Below are positions 19,901 to 28,042 of a stretch of DNA of 64,000 nt, in pieces. The position numbers and the translations under genes are program-made. Under the pieces are notes generated by a model. The model did no database searches, was not told the DNA's origin, and was given only the letters and a program-made list of their open reading frames with translations. This DNA is from an uncultured Flavobacteriales bacterium (GTDB lineage: Bacteria > Bacteroidota > Bacteroidia > Flavobacteriales_G > Salibacteraceae), in assembly GCA_943788725.1 (NCBI GenBank), contig CALSRJ010000001.1:492861-556860 (forward strand). The letters are read 5' to 3'. Numbering within the stretch: the stretch's first letter is position 1; every line of letters begins with the position of its first letter.

Positions 19901-20074
19901 TTGATCAATGCATTCTATTCTACTTGGAAAGATGCTCTTGTCCAAGCCATAGTGCTTGAAGCTCGCCATCTGGGCACTCGCAGAACAAGTGAACAACAAA
20001 GCGAGAAACCAAACACTAAATACCGAACGTACGCTTGACCTCATCAAACTCTTCTTCACTGATCTCCTTATCAT
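16970..20074 (-). CDS. two-component-regulator-propeller / Y_Y_Y sensor fused to a SpoIIE/PP2C-like phosphatase domain
   Basis: 1034 aa. Signal/TM at the N-terminus. Many Reg_prop-like repeats such as NGLSYNQVRAMFTDREGNVWIATAAGL. Y_Y_Y motif NRYYYRLKGVHENW. TM WWFYTIVFLLVILAIFFM, then a coiled coil. The C-terminal ~215 aa carry SpoIIE landmarks VDVGVVGNAAHAL, VVSDGLFSQLNESGTRSYGKAKF and DDMTLFIW. An alternative ATG lies at 20044. Confidence 0.75.
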   Translation of the reverse strand: MIRRSVKKSLMRSSVRSVFSVWFLALLFTCSASAQMASFKHYGLDKSIFPSRIECIDQTDHGELLIGTLAGLVIYDGFEFTTKSVKSGLAESSISSLSAIKDRVYIGHWAGNISIYHVLADTFSVWNTAAAFDYASVVQIIPVGEDLVYAITSDDRMFTVKNGIPERIALPANGLSVRVKEMHVQNEREIVVTTAGIYQRSKHQPWKLVYQAEDGMTIESALPMASGRWALAYHDRIRLYAEQAGQWTLEQEVSLDFPGKALIEDPAGRIWVRTSDNGVYRYDPSTKGLVHFERQNGLSYNQVRAMFTDREGNVWIATAAGLDQFLGDAFTLIDQRSGLEGGLVWDVELANGKFFALTPNGILTGKASVDADELKVDAFIPIDVTEPKQAAFDGASAIWIMDQDGDLWKLNTPTDEVQAYNNLQVGVNCLELVNGALWVGTDEGVFVMDEGKPVSQITAETGLAGDKVTGIYYSRDRNETWITVLGAPTTLYYEGKFRQFGAAEGISSSVIQDAAFDQQGLVWFATYDKGVFRYLGDGSFEALSNVTELTSNTTFAIEVDEQGVVWVGHNWGVDAYDPQTKEQRWYGEDDGFMGVEVNAGAMRLGTNGILWMGTLMGMLRFDPSLIHSNEVEPSLEVQAAKLGAIDLLAEHPRMDFLSTANDLTVRFSSIALKNPARNRYYYRLKGVHENWREMDEPGTVEYISLPPGDFIFELKACNDSDVCSKEAFALNFSIYHPFYRTWWFYTIVFLLVILAIFFMDRYRAVNLLEQKHEVEEQLALKEQHMVDLREDMRRVGRRLEEDASIIEVLEETANDRSMQTCEVLQHFKLYQRKLENVSSDGVLCFSGQAYHLVILVDVGVVGNAAHALRSVLYTKMEKAMPTSHEPSEILAAWEFSVKALENKFTKFKGVQWFLYTSDNDKAYAAQNGLEAFTFNKTSAQELLIQGNPQVSLVEDGLWAVNSQDAIAVVSDGLFSQLNESGTRSYGKAKFLKILEEKRNASQEQIKSAVWSDIEDWTGAMEQFDDMTLFIWNHV

Positions 20075-21173
20075 CCTTTGAATAGTAGGTTACATCAAAA
20101 AGCAACCAGTTATACACTGCCTTGCGGTATTCACACCTCACTCCGTCGTCTTCCACCAGCAAGCGTTCATCATAAACGAAGGTACCGTCGTCAATGGAGT
20201 GCTTTACGAGGGTTGAAATCGGGTTATGCCGAAACGGCGACGGACCGCTCGCAGTCTTCACCAACAACTGATCTTGCTCAGCTTGCTTTTGAATGCGGGC
20301 TTCTGCAATTTCATGATCGCGCGTATCATCTTCGACTTTCAATTCACGTCGAAGCTCCTTAGAAGCTTCAATATACGCTTCCCCTTCTTGGTGACTTCGT
20401 TGATTTGCGAACCCCGAGCGGTTTTTGGATTCTTTCAGATGCTCTCGTTCGAGGCCTTTCGCTTGCTCCACGACTTCAAATCGATCCGCAGACCTCCCGA
20501 TTCGATCTGGTGCTTCATTTGCCTCAGCGTCAGAAGGGGTTGCTTTTTCAACCTCAGATTTCAATGGTGCAGATTCGGTAGATTCTACGATTGAGGCCTC
20601 ACCATCTTCCGTTAGATCTATCGTAAACGTCTCTGAGGCTACGGGGTCTTCGCCCAGCGCTTCTCTGCGTTCGGATTCTGCATACAGAGGCTTCAGTTCT
20701 TCAATGACCTTGGCGTAGGGAGTGAACGTAAATGTTTCCTCTCCGGTGCCCGTTCTACTGATCTTTCCAATGCTCTTCCTGGCCTTCGCCTCAGACATAC
20801 CTGCATATCGGTTATACATCCGCATCTTGAGCGGAACATCGTAAAGCACTTCCTCATCGGAATCGTGCTCGGTATTGACATCAATTGCGACGGGTAACAT
20901 GAAGGGCCGAACAAAAAGCAAGGTGTATGACTTTCCCAGTGGAATATCGGTCTCGAATCGCCCCTTTCGGTCTGCTAGCATCGTTCGGAGCACAGTGCCA
21001 TCTTTAATCACCTTGATCGTCACTTCAGCAAGAGGCTCGTCCTTGTGCACAACAGCGCCACTAACCCGCACCTGTGCTTGCAATGGCGTACAGAGCAATA
21101 CCAAAGCAAACATCCATAAAACCAAAGGCAGGCGTAGAGCGTTCACAGGCCTAAAAGTAATAAAGCAGCGCAT
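20016..21173 (-). CDS. secreted protein with CarboxypepD_reg-like N-terminal domain and a highly charged linker
   Basis: 385 aa. Signal peptide LVLWMFALVLLCTPLQAQ. VSGAVVHKDEPLAEVTIKVIKDGTVLRTMLADRKGRFETDIPLGKSYTLLF is CarboxypepD_reg-like. E/K/D-rich middle region. The 3' end overlaps the next gene. Confidence 0.6.
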   Translation of the reverse strand: MRCFITFRPVNALRLPLVLWMFALVLLCTPLQAQVRVSGAVVHKDEPLAEVTIKVIKDGTVLRTMLADRKGRFETDIPLGKSYTLLFVRPFMLPVAIDVNTEHDSDEEVLYDVPLKMRMYNRYAGMSEAKARKSIGKISRTGTGEETFTFTPYAKVIEELKPLYAESERREALGEDPVASETFTIDLTEDGEASIVESTESAPLKSEVEKATPSDAEANEAPDRIGRSADRFEVVEQAKGLEREHLKESKNRSGFANQRSHQEGEAYIEASKELRRELKVEDDTRDHEIAEARIQKQAEQDQLLVKTASGPSPFRHNPISTLVKHSIDDGTFVYDERLLVEDDGVRCEYRKAVYNWLLFDVTYYSKDDKEISEEEFDEVKRTFGI

Positions 21174-21198
21174 TGCCCTCCGCGAAAAGGACGATTTC

Positions 21199-21206
21199 TA
21201 CCTTTG
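21199..21206 (+). promoter_or_regulatory. candidate -7 box TACCTTTG (TAnnTTTG)
   Basis: Exact motif match, ending 20 nt upstream of the ATG at 21226. Confidence 0.35.
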
Positions 21207-21225
21207 ACGTAGAACAAGAACCAAC

Positions 21226-21702
21226 ATGAAGACCATCATCATGGACGACGTGCGCATCGAGCGTACCCTGAAGCGCATCGCATTTCAGATCCTAGAGAAC
21301 TGCTATCAAGAGGAAGAAGTAACCGTTATTGGCATCGAACCTCGCGGCGTATGGGTGGCGGCGCAATTGATTAAAAACATCGGGAAGATCTCAAAATTGA
21401 AGGTCAAAAATGCGACGATCGACGTAGAGAGTCTGGATGATATGAACAAACTAAGCGCATCCATCAGAGGGCGTTCGGTAGTGCTCGTAGACGACGTGGT
21501 GAAATCCGGCGATACGATGATGCGGGCTGCTTCGGCAATTTCTGAGCAAGGACCTAAGGTATTGATCACGGCTTGTTTGGTGGATAGAAAGCATCGGCGA
21601 TTTCCGATCCAAAGCGACCTCACCGGCCTCAGTTTGGCGACCACCCTCCAGGAACACATTCAGCTGGTCATTGAACCCAAGCCTACGATCTACTTAGAAT
21701 GA
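21226..21702 (+). CDS. PyrR-family phosphoribosyltransferase (pyrimidine regulator/UPRTase-like)
   Basis: 158 aa. IERTLKRIAFQILEN...VIGIEPRGVWVA...VVLVDDVVKSGDTM...LVDRKHRRFPIQSD lines up with B. subtilis PyrR by eye. Confidence 0.75.
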   Translation: MKTIIMDDVRIERTLKRIAFQILENCYQEEEVTVIGIEPRGVWVAAQLIKNIGKISKLKVKNATIDVESLDDMNKLSASIRGRSVVLVDDVVKSGDTMMRAASAISEQGPKVLITACLVDRKHRRFPIQSDLTGLSLATTLQEHIQLVIEPKPTIYLE

Positions 21703-22330
21703 TCCCTGAGAGGGTATCAACCGCCTGCTGCACCGACAGGTTATTCATCGAGAGAATCATGTGGGCCCTTCCATAAGAGGAATGCCTTTCATCGAGCAAG
21801 GACTGCAGGCGTTTCATCATTTCTTCTTCAGACATCCCCTCCAAAAGAGGACGTGGCGTTTTTGCGTTGCTTAAGCGATGAACAAGCATGCCCAGCGGAG
21901 CATCCAGCCAAGCGCACAGCCCCGTTTCCAGCATGATGTCGGCATTGTCAAAGAAGGCAGGCGTCCCTCCCCCAGTAGAAATGACCACCCGCTCTTGCGC
22001 ATGAAGCGACTTCAGTGCCTGCTGCTCAAGATTTCTAAACTCCTCTTGCCCCGCTTCCGAGAAGATCATGGGAATCGATTTTCCAGCGAGATGTTCTATG
22101 ACATCATCCAAGTCGACCACGTCCCACGCCAATCGAGCAGCCAATTTTTTGGCAGTGGTTGTCTTTCCCACGCCCATCATACCCCAAAGGAATACGCGCT
22201 TTACTGGAAAAGAGATTTGTATGTGTTGTTCGAGTGAAATACGGCTTGCGTTGAGGCGGATATAGATGAAGAGCGTCGAAGTTAAGTACAAAACGAAGAT
22301 GGAGAAGTTCCGTCCTCCGTCATTCGCCAT
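21683..22330 (-). CDS. aroK: shikimate kinase (start uncertain)
   Basis: P-loop GMMGVGKTTTAKKLA and DLDDVIEHLAGKSIPMIFSEAGQEEFRNLE. The only upstream ATG is at 22330 and gives a ~50-aa hydrophobic N-terminal extension. No canonical start lies closer to the P-loop. The 3' end overlaps the convergent gene by 20 nt. Confidence 0.8.
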   Translation of the reverse strand: MANDGGRNFSIFVLYLTSTLFIYIRLNASRISLEQHIQISFPVKRVFLWGMMGVGKTTTAKKLAARLAWDVVDLDDVIEHLAGKSIPMIFSEAGQEEFRNLEQQALKSLHAQERVVISTGGGTPAFFDNADIMLETGLCAWLDAPLGMLVHRLSNAKTPRPLLEGMSEEEMMKRLQSLLDERHSSYGRAHMILSMNNLSVQQAVDTLSGIILSRS

Positions 22331-22432
22331 CAACCCTCTTATTCAGTGACATCAAATGCGAGAAATAAGACGCCACCTTCTCATCCACCTTCTAGTATTC
22401 ATCAATGATGGGATTTCGTCAAACCACGGCGA

Positions 22433-23515
22433 ATGGCTAACATTGCAGCCGAATCCGAGCGATACGTGAAGGCAACATCTCCTTTTCCAAAAGTGAAAGT
22501 AGCGATAGCTCTGCTGTGCTACAACAACCGGGATTTACTCGAGCAATTCCTGCCCGAAGTCATTGCTCACATGCCAGACGCACAGGACTACGGTATTTTC
22601 GTGATCGACAACGCGTCCACCGACAGCACCCAAGAGTACTTGCTTTCACTGGGCGACCAGATCAATACCATCACCATTAAAGTGAACAAGGGGTTCACGA
22701 ACGGATACAAGCTCGGATTAGCGCAAATAGATGCGGAGATTTTCTGTCTGTTGAGTTCAGATGTTCAGATCTCAAAAAATTGGCTTGAACCTGTTGTCGA
22801 ATTATTTGACAACGATTCGAAAGTGGCGGTGATCCAACCCAAGATCCGGTCTTGGCATGAGAAAGACAGCTTTGAATATGCTGGAGGCTCTGGCGGGTTT
22901 ATCGACAGCCTTGGCTATCCTTTTTGTAGAGGTAGGCTTTTCTACGACACTGAGAAAGACGCGGGACAGTACGACGACGTGCGCGAGATTTTCTGGGCCT
23001 CTGGAGCCTGCTTTTTTATTCGATCCAAGGTATATGAAGAAAGTGGGGGACTAGACGACGATTTCTACGCCCACATGGAAGAGATTGATTTGTGCTGGCG
23101 CATCAAAAACCGAGGGTTTAAGATTCTGGTGTGTCCATCTTCTGTGGTATACCACATTGGAGGGGCCGTGATTGCTTATGGAAGCCCTGAAAAAACCTTT
23201 CGCAACCATCGCAACAACCTGATTATGATGGTCAAAAACCTGCCCTCTGATGAGCTTTTCACGAAGATATTTGCGCGTTTGGTGCTGGATGCATTGGCGT
23301 TTCTAAACATGATCATGCGTGGTCAAGTCAAAGCATCCTTCGCCATCATCAGCGCTCATTGGAGCTTTCTCTTGAACATTGGAAAGTGGCTCAACAAACG
23401 GAAAGCGCTGAGTGAATGGGCCGTAAGTTACTCTAGATCTGGTATTTATCCAAAATCCATCATCAAGGCGTATTTCTTAGATGGAAAGAAGAAGTTCAGC
23501 GACCTGAACTGGTAG
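22433..23515 (+). CDS. family 2 glycosyltransferase
   Basis: 360 aa. VAIALLCYNNRDLLEQFLPEV...FVIDNASTDST and DDDFYAHMEEIDLCWR are GT2 (rhamnosyltransferase-like) motifs. Confidence 0.85.
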   Translation: MANIAAESERYVKATSPFPKVKVAIALLCYNNRDLLEQFLPEVIAHMPDAQDYGIFVIDNASTDSTQEYLLSLGDQINTITIKVNKGFTNGYKLGLAQIDAEIFCLLSSDVQISKNWLEPVVELFDNDSKVAVIQPKIRSWHEKDSFEYAGGSGGFIDSLGYPFCRGRLFYDTEKDAGQYDDVREIFWASGACFFIRSKVYEESGGLDDDFYAHMEEIDLCWRIKNRGFKILVCPSSVVYHIGGAVIAYGSPEKTFRNHRNNLIMMVKNLPSDELFTKIFARLVLDALAFLNMIMRGQVKASFAIISAHWSFLLNIGKWLNKRKALSEWAVSYSRSGIYPKSIIKAYFLDGKKKFSDLNW

Positions 23516-23570
23516 GTCATTTCAGTCCTCGTATTACGAATTCTTAACCCCTGCTCTCCCCTCGGGCTGT

Positions 23571-23578
23571 TATATTTG
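23571..23578 (+). promoter_or_regulatory. candidate -7 box TATATTTG (TAnnTTTG) upstream of rfbF
   Basis: Exact motif match, ending 23 nt upstream of the ATG at 23601. Confidence 0.35.
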
Positions 23579-23600
23579 CTGCAAATCCTAAAGACCACAC

Positions 23601-24374
23601 ATGAAGGTTGTCATTTTTGCGGGTGGAAAGGGAACCCGCATCAGCGAAGAATCCCACCTCAAGCCCAAGCCCATGATCGAGATCGGCGGCAAACCGATCC
23701 TCTGGCACATCATGAAGATGTACGCCGCTTATGGGCATAACGAGTTCATCGTATGTTGCGGATATAAGGGCTATGTGATCAAAGAATACTTCTATCACTA
23801 TTTCCTTCACAACTCAGACATGACGGTTGATCTGAGCAACAACGACCTCACCATCCACAATAGTAACGCGGAGAATTTCAAAGTCACCCTTGTAGATACA
23901 GGTCTGGAGACGATGACAGCCGGGCGATTAAAAAGGGTTCAGCAATACATTGGCGAGGAGCGTTTCTTGCTCACCTATGGTGACGGCGTGTGTGACATCA
24001 ACATGGACGAGCAACTGAAGTTTCATGAAGCAAAGGGTGCGGCTTGCACCATGAGCATTGTGCAACCTGGAAGTCGTTTCGGCATGATTGGCCTCGACGA
24101 CCAAGACACCGTAACCGAATTTGCAGAAAAACCCAAAGAAGATGGTGCATGGATCAACGGTGGCTTCTTCATCTGTGAACCAAAAACTTTCGATTATTTG
24201 CCAGATGATGCAGACAATGTCATGTGGGAGCGATATCCATTGGAGCAGTTGACTGCAGACGGACAATTGGCCGCTTACCGCCATGAGGGATTCTGGAAGT
24301 GCATGGACACCTTGCGCGACAACATTGACTTGAACACCATGTGGGAGGAACACCCCAAATGGAAAAACTGGTAA
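23601..24374 (+). CDS. rfbF: glucose-1-phosphate cytidylyltransferase
   Basis: 257 aa. MKVVIFAGGKGTRISEESHLKPKPMIEIGGKPILWHIMKMYAAYGHNEFIVCCGYKGYVIKEYF is close to Salmonella RfbF across the length. Confidence 0.93.
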   Translation: MKVVIFAGGKGTRISEESHLKPKPMIEIGGKPILWHIMKMYAAYGHNEFIVCCGYKGYVIKEYFYHYFLHNSDMTVDLSNNDLTIHNSNAENFKVTLVDTGLETMTAGRLKRVQQYIGEERFLLTYGDGVCDINMDEQLKFHEAKGAACTMSIVQPGSRFGMIGLDDQDTVTEFAEKPKEDGAWINGGFFICEPKTFDYLPDDADNVMWERYPLEQLTADGQLAAYRHEGFWKCMDTLRDNIDLNTMWEEHPKWKNW

Positions 24375-24380
24375 GCGGAT

Positions 24381-25445
24381 ATGCTGAAAGAAACCTTTGA
24401 AGGCAAGAAGGTATTCCTCACCGGACATACCGGTTTTAAGGGGGCGTGGCTCCTCCTGATCCTCCACAAGCTAGGCGCGTACGTCAAAGGATACTCTCTA
24501 GCGCCTAAGCACGACAACGACCTTTACAACCTCATAGGAGGCGACTCGCTTTGCACCTCGGTGATTGCTGATATACGAGACCGGGAGCGCGTTCAGAAGG
24601 AAATGGACGCATTTCAGCCGGACTTCGTTTTTCATCTCGCTGCACAAGCATTGGTCATTGACTCTTATTCCATTCCGGTTGAGACCTATGAAACGAATGT
24701 AATGGGGACCATCTACGTGATGGACGCACTCCGAGCCTTGAAAAAGCCTTGTGCCTCGGTGATGATCACGACGGACAAAGTGTATGAGAACTTTGAAACA
24801 AGCGCCCCATATTCTGAGGATGCGCGTATAGGAGGTTATGACCCATACAGCAATTCAAAGGCCTGCGCAGAACTTGCCATAGGCTCCTATCGTAACTCTT
24901 TCCTAAACCCAAAAGACTACTCTGCACATCTTCAAAGCTTGTCCTCTGCAAGAAGTGGCAACGTGATCGGTGGCGGAGATTGGAGTGAAAATCGTTTGGT
25001 GCCAGACATTGCCCGGGCATTGATCGCCGGAGAGCAAGTTATCATCCGCAATCCCTCGGCCGTAAGGCCTTGGCAGCACGTGCTAGACCCTCTCAATGGA
25101 TACCTGATGCTCGCCGCCCACATGGCTGAAGATCCTTCGAAATTTGCCCAGGGGTATAATTTCGGACCGCACCCTAACGATGAGCGCAACGTAAAAGACA
25201 TGTGCGAACTGGCCATCGACCAGTGGGGTGAAGGTTCATACCAAACCCCAGAAATCACTGAGAAACCGCACGAAGCGGGATTACTAAAACTCGCCATTGA
25301 AAAGGCGCAACAAGACTTGCATTGGGCGCCTCGGTTCACCTCTGCGGAAGCGGTAGAATGGACCATGGATTGGTATAAGAACGGCCGCAACGATGCCTTC
25401 AACTTCACCAGCGCTCAGATTGAACGTTATTTTGGACTAGGATGA
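24381..25445 (+). CDS. rfbG: CDP-glucose 4,6-dehydratase
   Basis: 354 aa. KKVFLTGHTGFKGAWL, GGYDPYSNSKACAEL, SARSGNVIGGGDW and IRNPSAVRPWQHVLDPL match RfbG. Confidence 0.92.
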   Translation: MLKETFEGKKVFLTGHTGFKGAWLLLILHKLGAYVKGYSLAPKHDNDLYNLIGGDSLCTSVIADIRDRERVQKEMDAFQPDFVFHLAAQALVIDSYSIPVETYETNVMGTIYVMDALRALKKPCASVMITTDKVYENFETSAPYSEDARIGGYDPYSNSKACAELAIGSYRNSFLNPKDYSAHLQSLSSARSGNVIGGGDWSENRLVPDIARALIAGEQVIIRNPSAVRPWQHVLDPLNGYLMLAAHMAEDPSKFAQGYNFGPHPNDERNVKDMCELAIDQWGEGSYQTPEITEKPHEAGLLKLAIEKAQQDLHWAPRFTSAEAVEWTMDWYKNGRNDAFNFTSAQIERYFGLG

Positions 25446-25990
25446 AAAATTTCACCGAGACGAGCATTCCAGGCGTTTTCGAAATAGACCTCTTTCATGC
25501 AGGGGATGAACGCGGCATGTTCGTGAAGACATACCACAAAGACACCTTAGAGGACCAAGGTTTATACGGTGAGTTTCGCGAAAGCTTCTACTCTACCAAT
25601 CAAAAAGGCGTCATACGCGGTATGCACTTTCAACACCCGCCATATGATCATGCTAAAATTGTGTATTGCACCTCGGGTAAATTACTCGACGTTATCCTAG
25701 ATATCCGCATTGGAAGTCCAACCTATGGACAGGCAGCCCAAGTTGAATTGAGCGCAACGAATTACAAGGCCGTATACCTACCCAAAGGAGTGGCACATGG
25801 GTTCGCCGTGTTGGAAGACAATACGTGTATGGTGTACCTTACATCCACCGTTCACGCCCCCAATGCAGACGACGGAATCCGTATCGATTCCTTTGGATTT
25901 GACTGGCCCATTGCGCATCCCATTCGCTCGGAAAGAGATCAAGCGTTTGAAGGTTTAGAGACATTTCAATCTCCTTTTATTTATGCTTAA
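25442..25990 (+). CDS. RmlC-like sugar-nucleotide 3,5- (or 5-) epimerase
   Basis: 182 aa. Cupin epimerase motifs FVKTYHKD, RGMHFQHPPYDHAKIVYCTSGKLLDVILDIR and LPKGVAHGF. Overlaps rfbG by 4 nt. Confidence 0.85.
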   Translation: MKNFTETSIPGVFEIDLFHAGDERGMFVKTYHKDTLEDQGLYGEFRESFYSTNQKGVIRGMHFQHPPYDHAKIVYCTSGKLLDVILDIRIGSPTYGQAAQVELSATNYKAVYLPKGVAHGFAVLEDNTCMVYLTSTVHAPNADDGIRIDSFGFDWPIAHPIRSERDQAFEGLETFQSPFIYA

Positions 25991-27152
25991 ACTCATTAAT
26001 CATATTATACTGGTATTCTGCGTTTTAACAATCACATATTACAACGCTAAATCTCAAATAGAACTGAGTGAATCGGCTGAAATCTCCTTGCTTACATGCA
26101 GTCCAGGAGCAGAGCTCTACTCCCTTTTTGGCCACAGTGCGATGCGCGTACTTGACCCGACCCACAACCTAGATGTCGTGTTCAACTACGGCACGTTTTC
26201 ATTCGACGAAGATTTCTACTTCAACTTCGCAATGGGTCGTTTGAACTACATGGTTTCACCTAGCTCCATGTCGAATTTCATCCGCAGTTATCAATACGAA
26301 GAGCGCGGAGTGATCGAGCAAATCCTAGACCTTAACTTGGAGCAGAAGCAAGCCATTTTTAACTACCTCGTTTGGAATGCGAAACCCGAAAACAAGTATT
26401 ACCTCTACGACTTCTTTTACGACAATTGCTCGTCGCGCTTAAGAGACGTTTTAGACACCACCCTTGCCGAGAGTGCGATCAAATTCCCTCTAATGCAGCG
26501 AGAGGGGAAGCCGACGTTTCGCAACATGATCGATGAATACCTCATCTTTCACCCTTGGGGCGACCTAGGGATTGATTTAGGACTCGGACCGCCCTGTGAT
26601 AAGGTGGTGTCAAGCAGTGAATACGTTTTCCTCCCGTATGAATTGATGCGTGCATATAGAGGAGCGACATTAGATGGTAAGCCCTTGGTAAAGCAAACCC
26701 GCACCTTGCTGAACCATCCAGAGTGGGAAGTGAAATGGTCGGTGCTTGACCCCATTCCCCTCATGTGGATCATCGCAGGCATTTTACTCAGTTTATCAGC
26801 GGTTGGATACCGTAGGCATCGCTTATGGATTGGTATTGACCTTTTTTACTTGTTCCTCACAGGAGCCGTTGGAATACTGGTATTCTTTCTATGGTTTATT
26901 ACAGACCATACCGGAACGATGCACAACTTCAACCTTCTCTGGGCTTGGCCTACGCATTGGTTGATACTTCCATTTCTAGGCAATGCCAACATTCGACGCT
27001 ATTATTGGTTGATATACGGTGGTATGTTAATCCTCACATTGATCACCTTTCCCATCCTACCTCAAATGCTCCATATGGCCATCCTTCCTCTGATAATAGC
27101 GGGTATCTTCCGGGGCTTTGTGAACTGGAGAATTCAAATTCAAGCGAAGTAA
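25983..27152 (+). CDS. DUF4105 / Lnb-like membrane protein (periplasmic N-domain + C-terminal TM bundle)
   Basis: 389 aa. Signal/TM at the N-terminus. ISLLTCSPGAELYSLFGHSAMRV is the DUF4105 hallmark. Four to five C-terminal TM helices. Overlaps the epimerase gene by 8 nt. Confidence 0.65.
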   Translation: MLKLINHIILVFCVLTITYYNAKSQIELSESAEISLLTCSPGAELYSLFGHSAMRVLDPTHNLDVVFNYGTFSFDEDFYFNFAMGRLNYMVSPSSMSNFIRSYQYEERGVIEQILDLNLEQKQAIFNYLVWNAKPENKYYLYDFFYDNCSSRLRDVLDTTLAESAIKFPLMQREGKPTFRNMIDEYLIFHPWGDLGIDLGLGPPCDKVVSSSEYVFLPYELMRAYRGATLDGKPLVKQTRTLLNHPEWEVKWSVLDPIPLMWIIAGILLSLSAVGYRRHRLWIGIDLFYLFLTGAVGILVFFLWFITDHTGTMHNFNLLWAWPTHWLILPFLGNANIRRYYWLIYGGMLILTLITFPILPQMLHMAILPLIIAGIFRGFVNWRIQIQAK

Positions 27153-27157
27153 TAAGC

Positions 27158-28039
27158 ATGCGAACACTAATACTTGGAGCATCTGGACTCGTCGGAGGCA
27201 ACTGCCTAAAACATTTTAAGGCTGAAGGCTGGGAATGCATCGGCACTCATTTCTCATTCGAAACAGAGCAGACGGTATTCTTCAACACACTAGCTCCTAC
27301 GAAAGATGATCTTGCGCTGGTAGATCAATTTTCACCAGAGGTGATTGTGCACTGTGGAGCACTGACTTGGGTAGATTACTGTGAAGAGCACCCGGAGGAG
27401 AGCTTTGAAAAGACCGTCACCTCAACCAAAAATGCGGTGGCTTTGGCCAAGAAATACAATGCCGCATTGGTATACCTCAGTACGGATTATGTCTTTGACG
27501 GGAAGAAGGGCTTTTACACAGAAGAGGACAACGTGCATCCACTGAGCATGTACGGGAAGCACAAGTTGGAGGCTGAACAACACGTTCAAGCGAAGCTTTC
27601 CAATTATTTGATTTGCCGCATCACGAATGTGTATGGAGACGAAATCCGAGGAAAGAACTTTATTGCACGACTCAGCGAAAACATGCGAAATGGAGATGCG
27701 ATGGATCTCAACCTGCCGATGGACCAGTACGCCACACCTGTGAACGCCTGGGACGTTGCCAGAGCCATCCGATTGCTCTTGGCGTCTAAGAAGCACGGGG
27801 TTTATCACCTCGCCAGTACCGACTATTTGAATCGAGTGCAGCTCGCCGAACGGATTGCCTCCTACTTTGGGCATGATGGTACTCAGATCAATCCCGTAAC
27901 AACCAAATCACTTGCCCCTGCCGCCGAACGCCCCTTGATGGGAGGTATGAGCGCTGCAAGATTCAATCGAGAATTTCCCGACTTTCGCTGGTCGAATGTC
28001 GACGACTATTTGAAACAACTTAAAAACACCTCTAGATAA
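27158..28039 (+). CDS. RmlD-like NAD(P)-dependent sugar-nucleotide 4-reductase
   Basis: ORF 26891..28039. The in-frame ATG at 27158 gives MRTLILGASGLVGG (Rossmann fold). STDYVFDG and YGKHK motifs of the dTDP-4-dehydrorhamnose reductase family. Confidence 0.85.
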   Translation: MRTLILGASGLVGGNCLKHFKAEGWECIGTHFSFETEQTVFFNTLAPTKDDLALVDQFSPEVIVHCGALTWVDYCEEHPEESFEKTVTSTKNAVALAKKYNAALVYLSTDYVFDGKKGFYTEEDNVHPLSMYGKHKLEAEQHVQAKLSNYLICRITNVYGDEIRGKNFIARLSENMRNGDAMDLNLPMDQYATPVNAWDVARAIRLLLASKKHGVYHLASTDYLNRVQLAERIASYFGHDGTQINPVTTKSLAPAAERPLMGGMSAARFNREFPDFRWSNVDDYLKQLKNTSR

Positions 28040-28042
28040 GCG

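Noticed and set aside
26891-27157. N-terminal extension of the reductase ORF (start at 26891).
   Set aside because: It overlaps the DUF4105 gene in another frame. The Rossmann motif begins right after the internal ATG at 27158.
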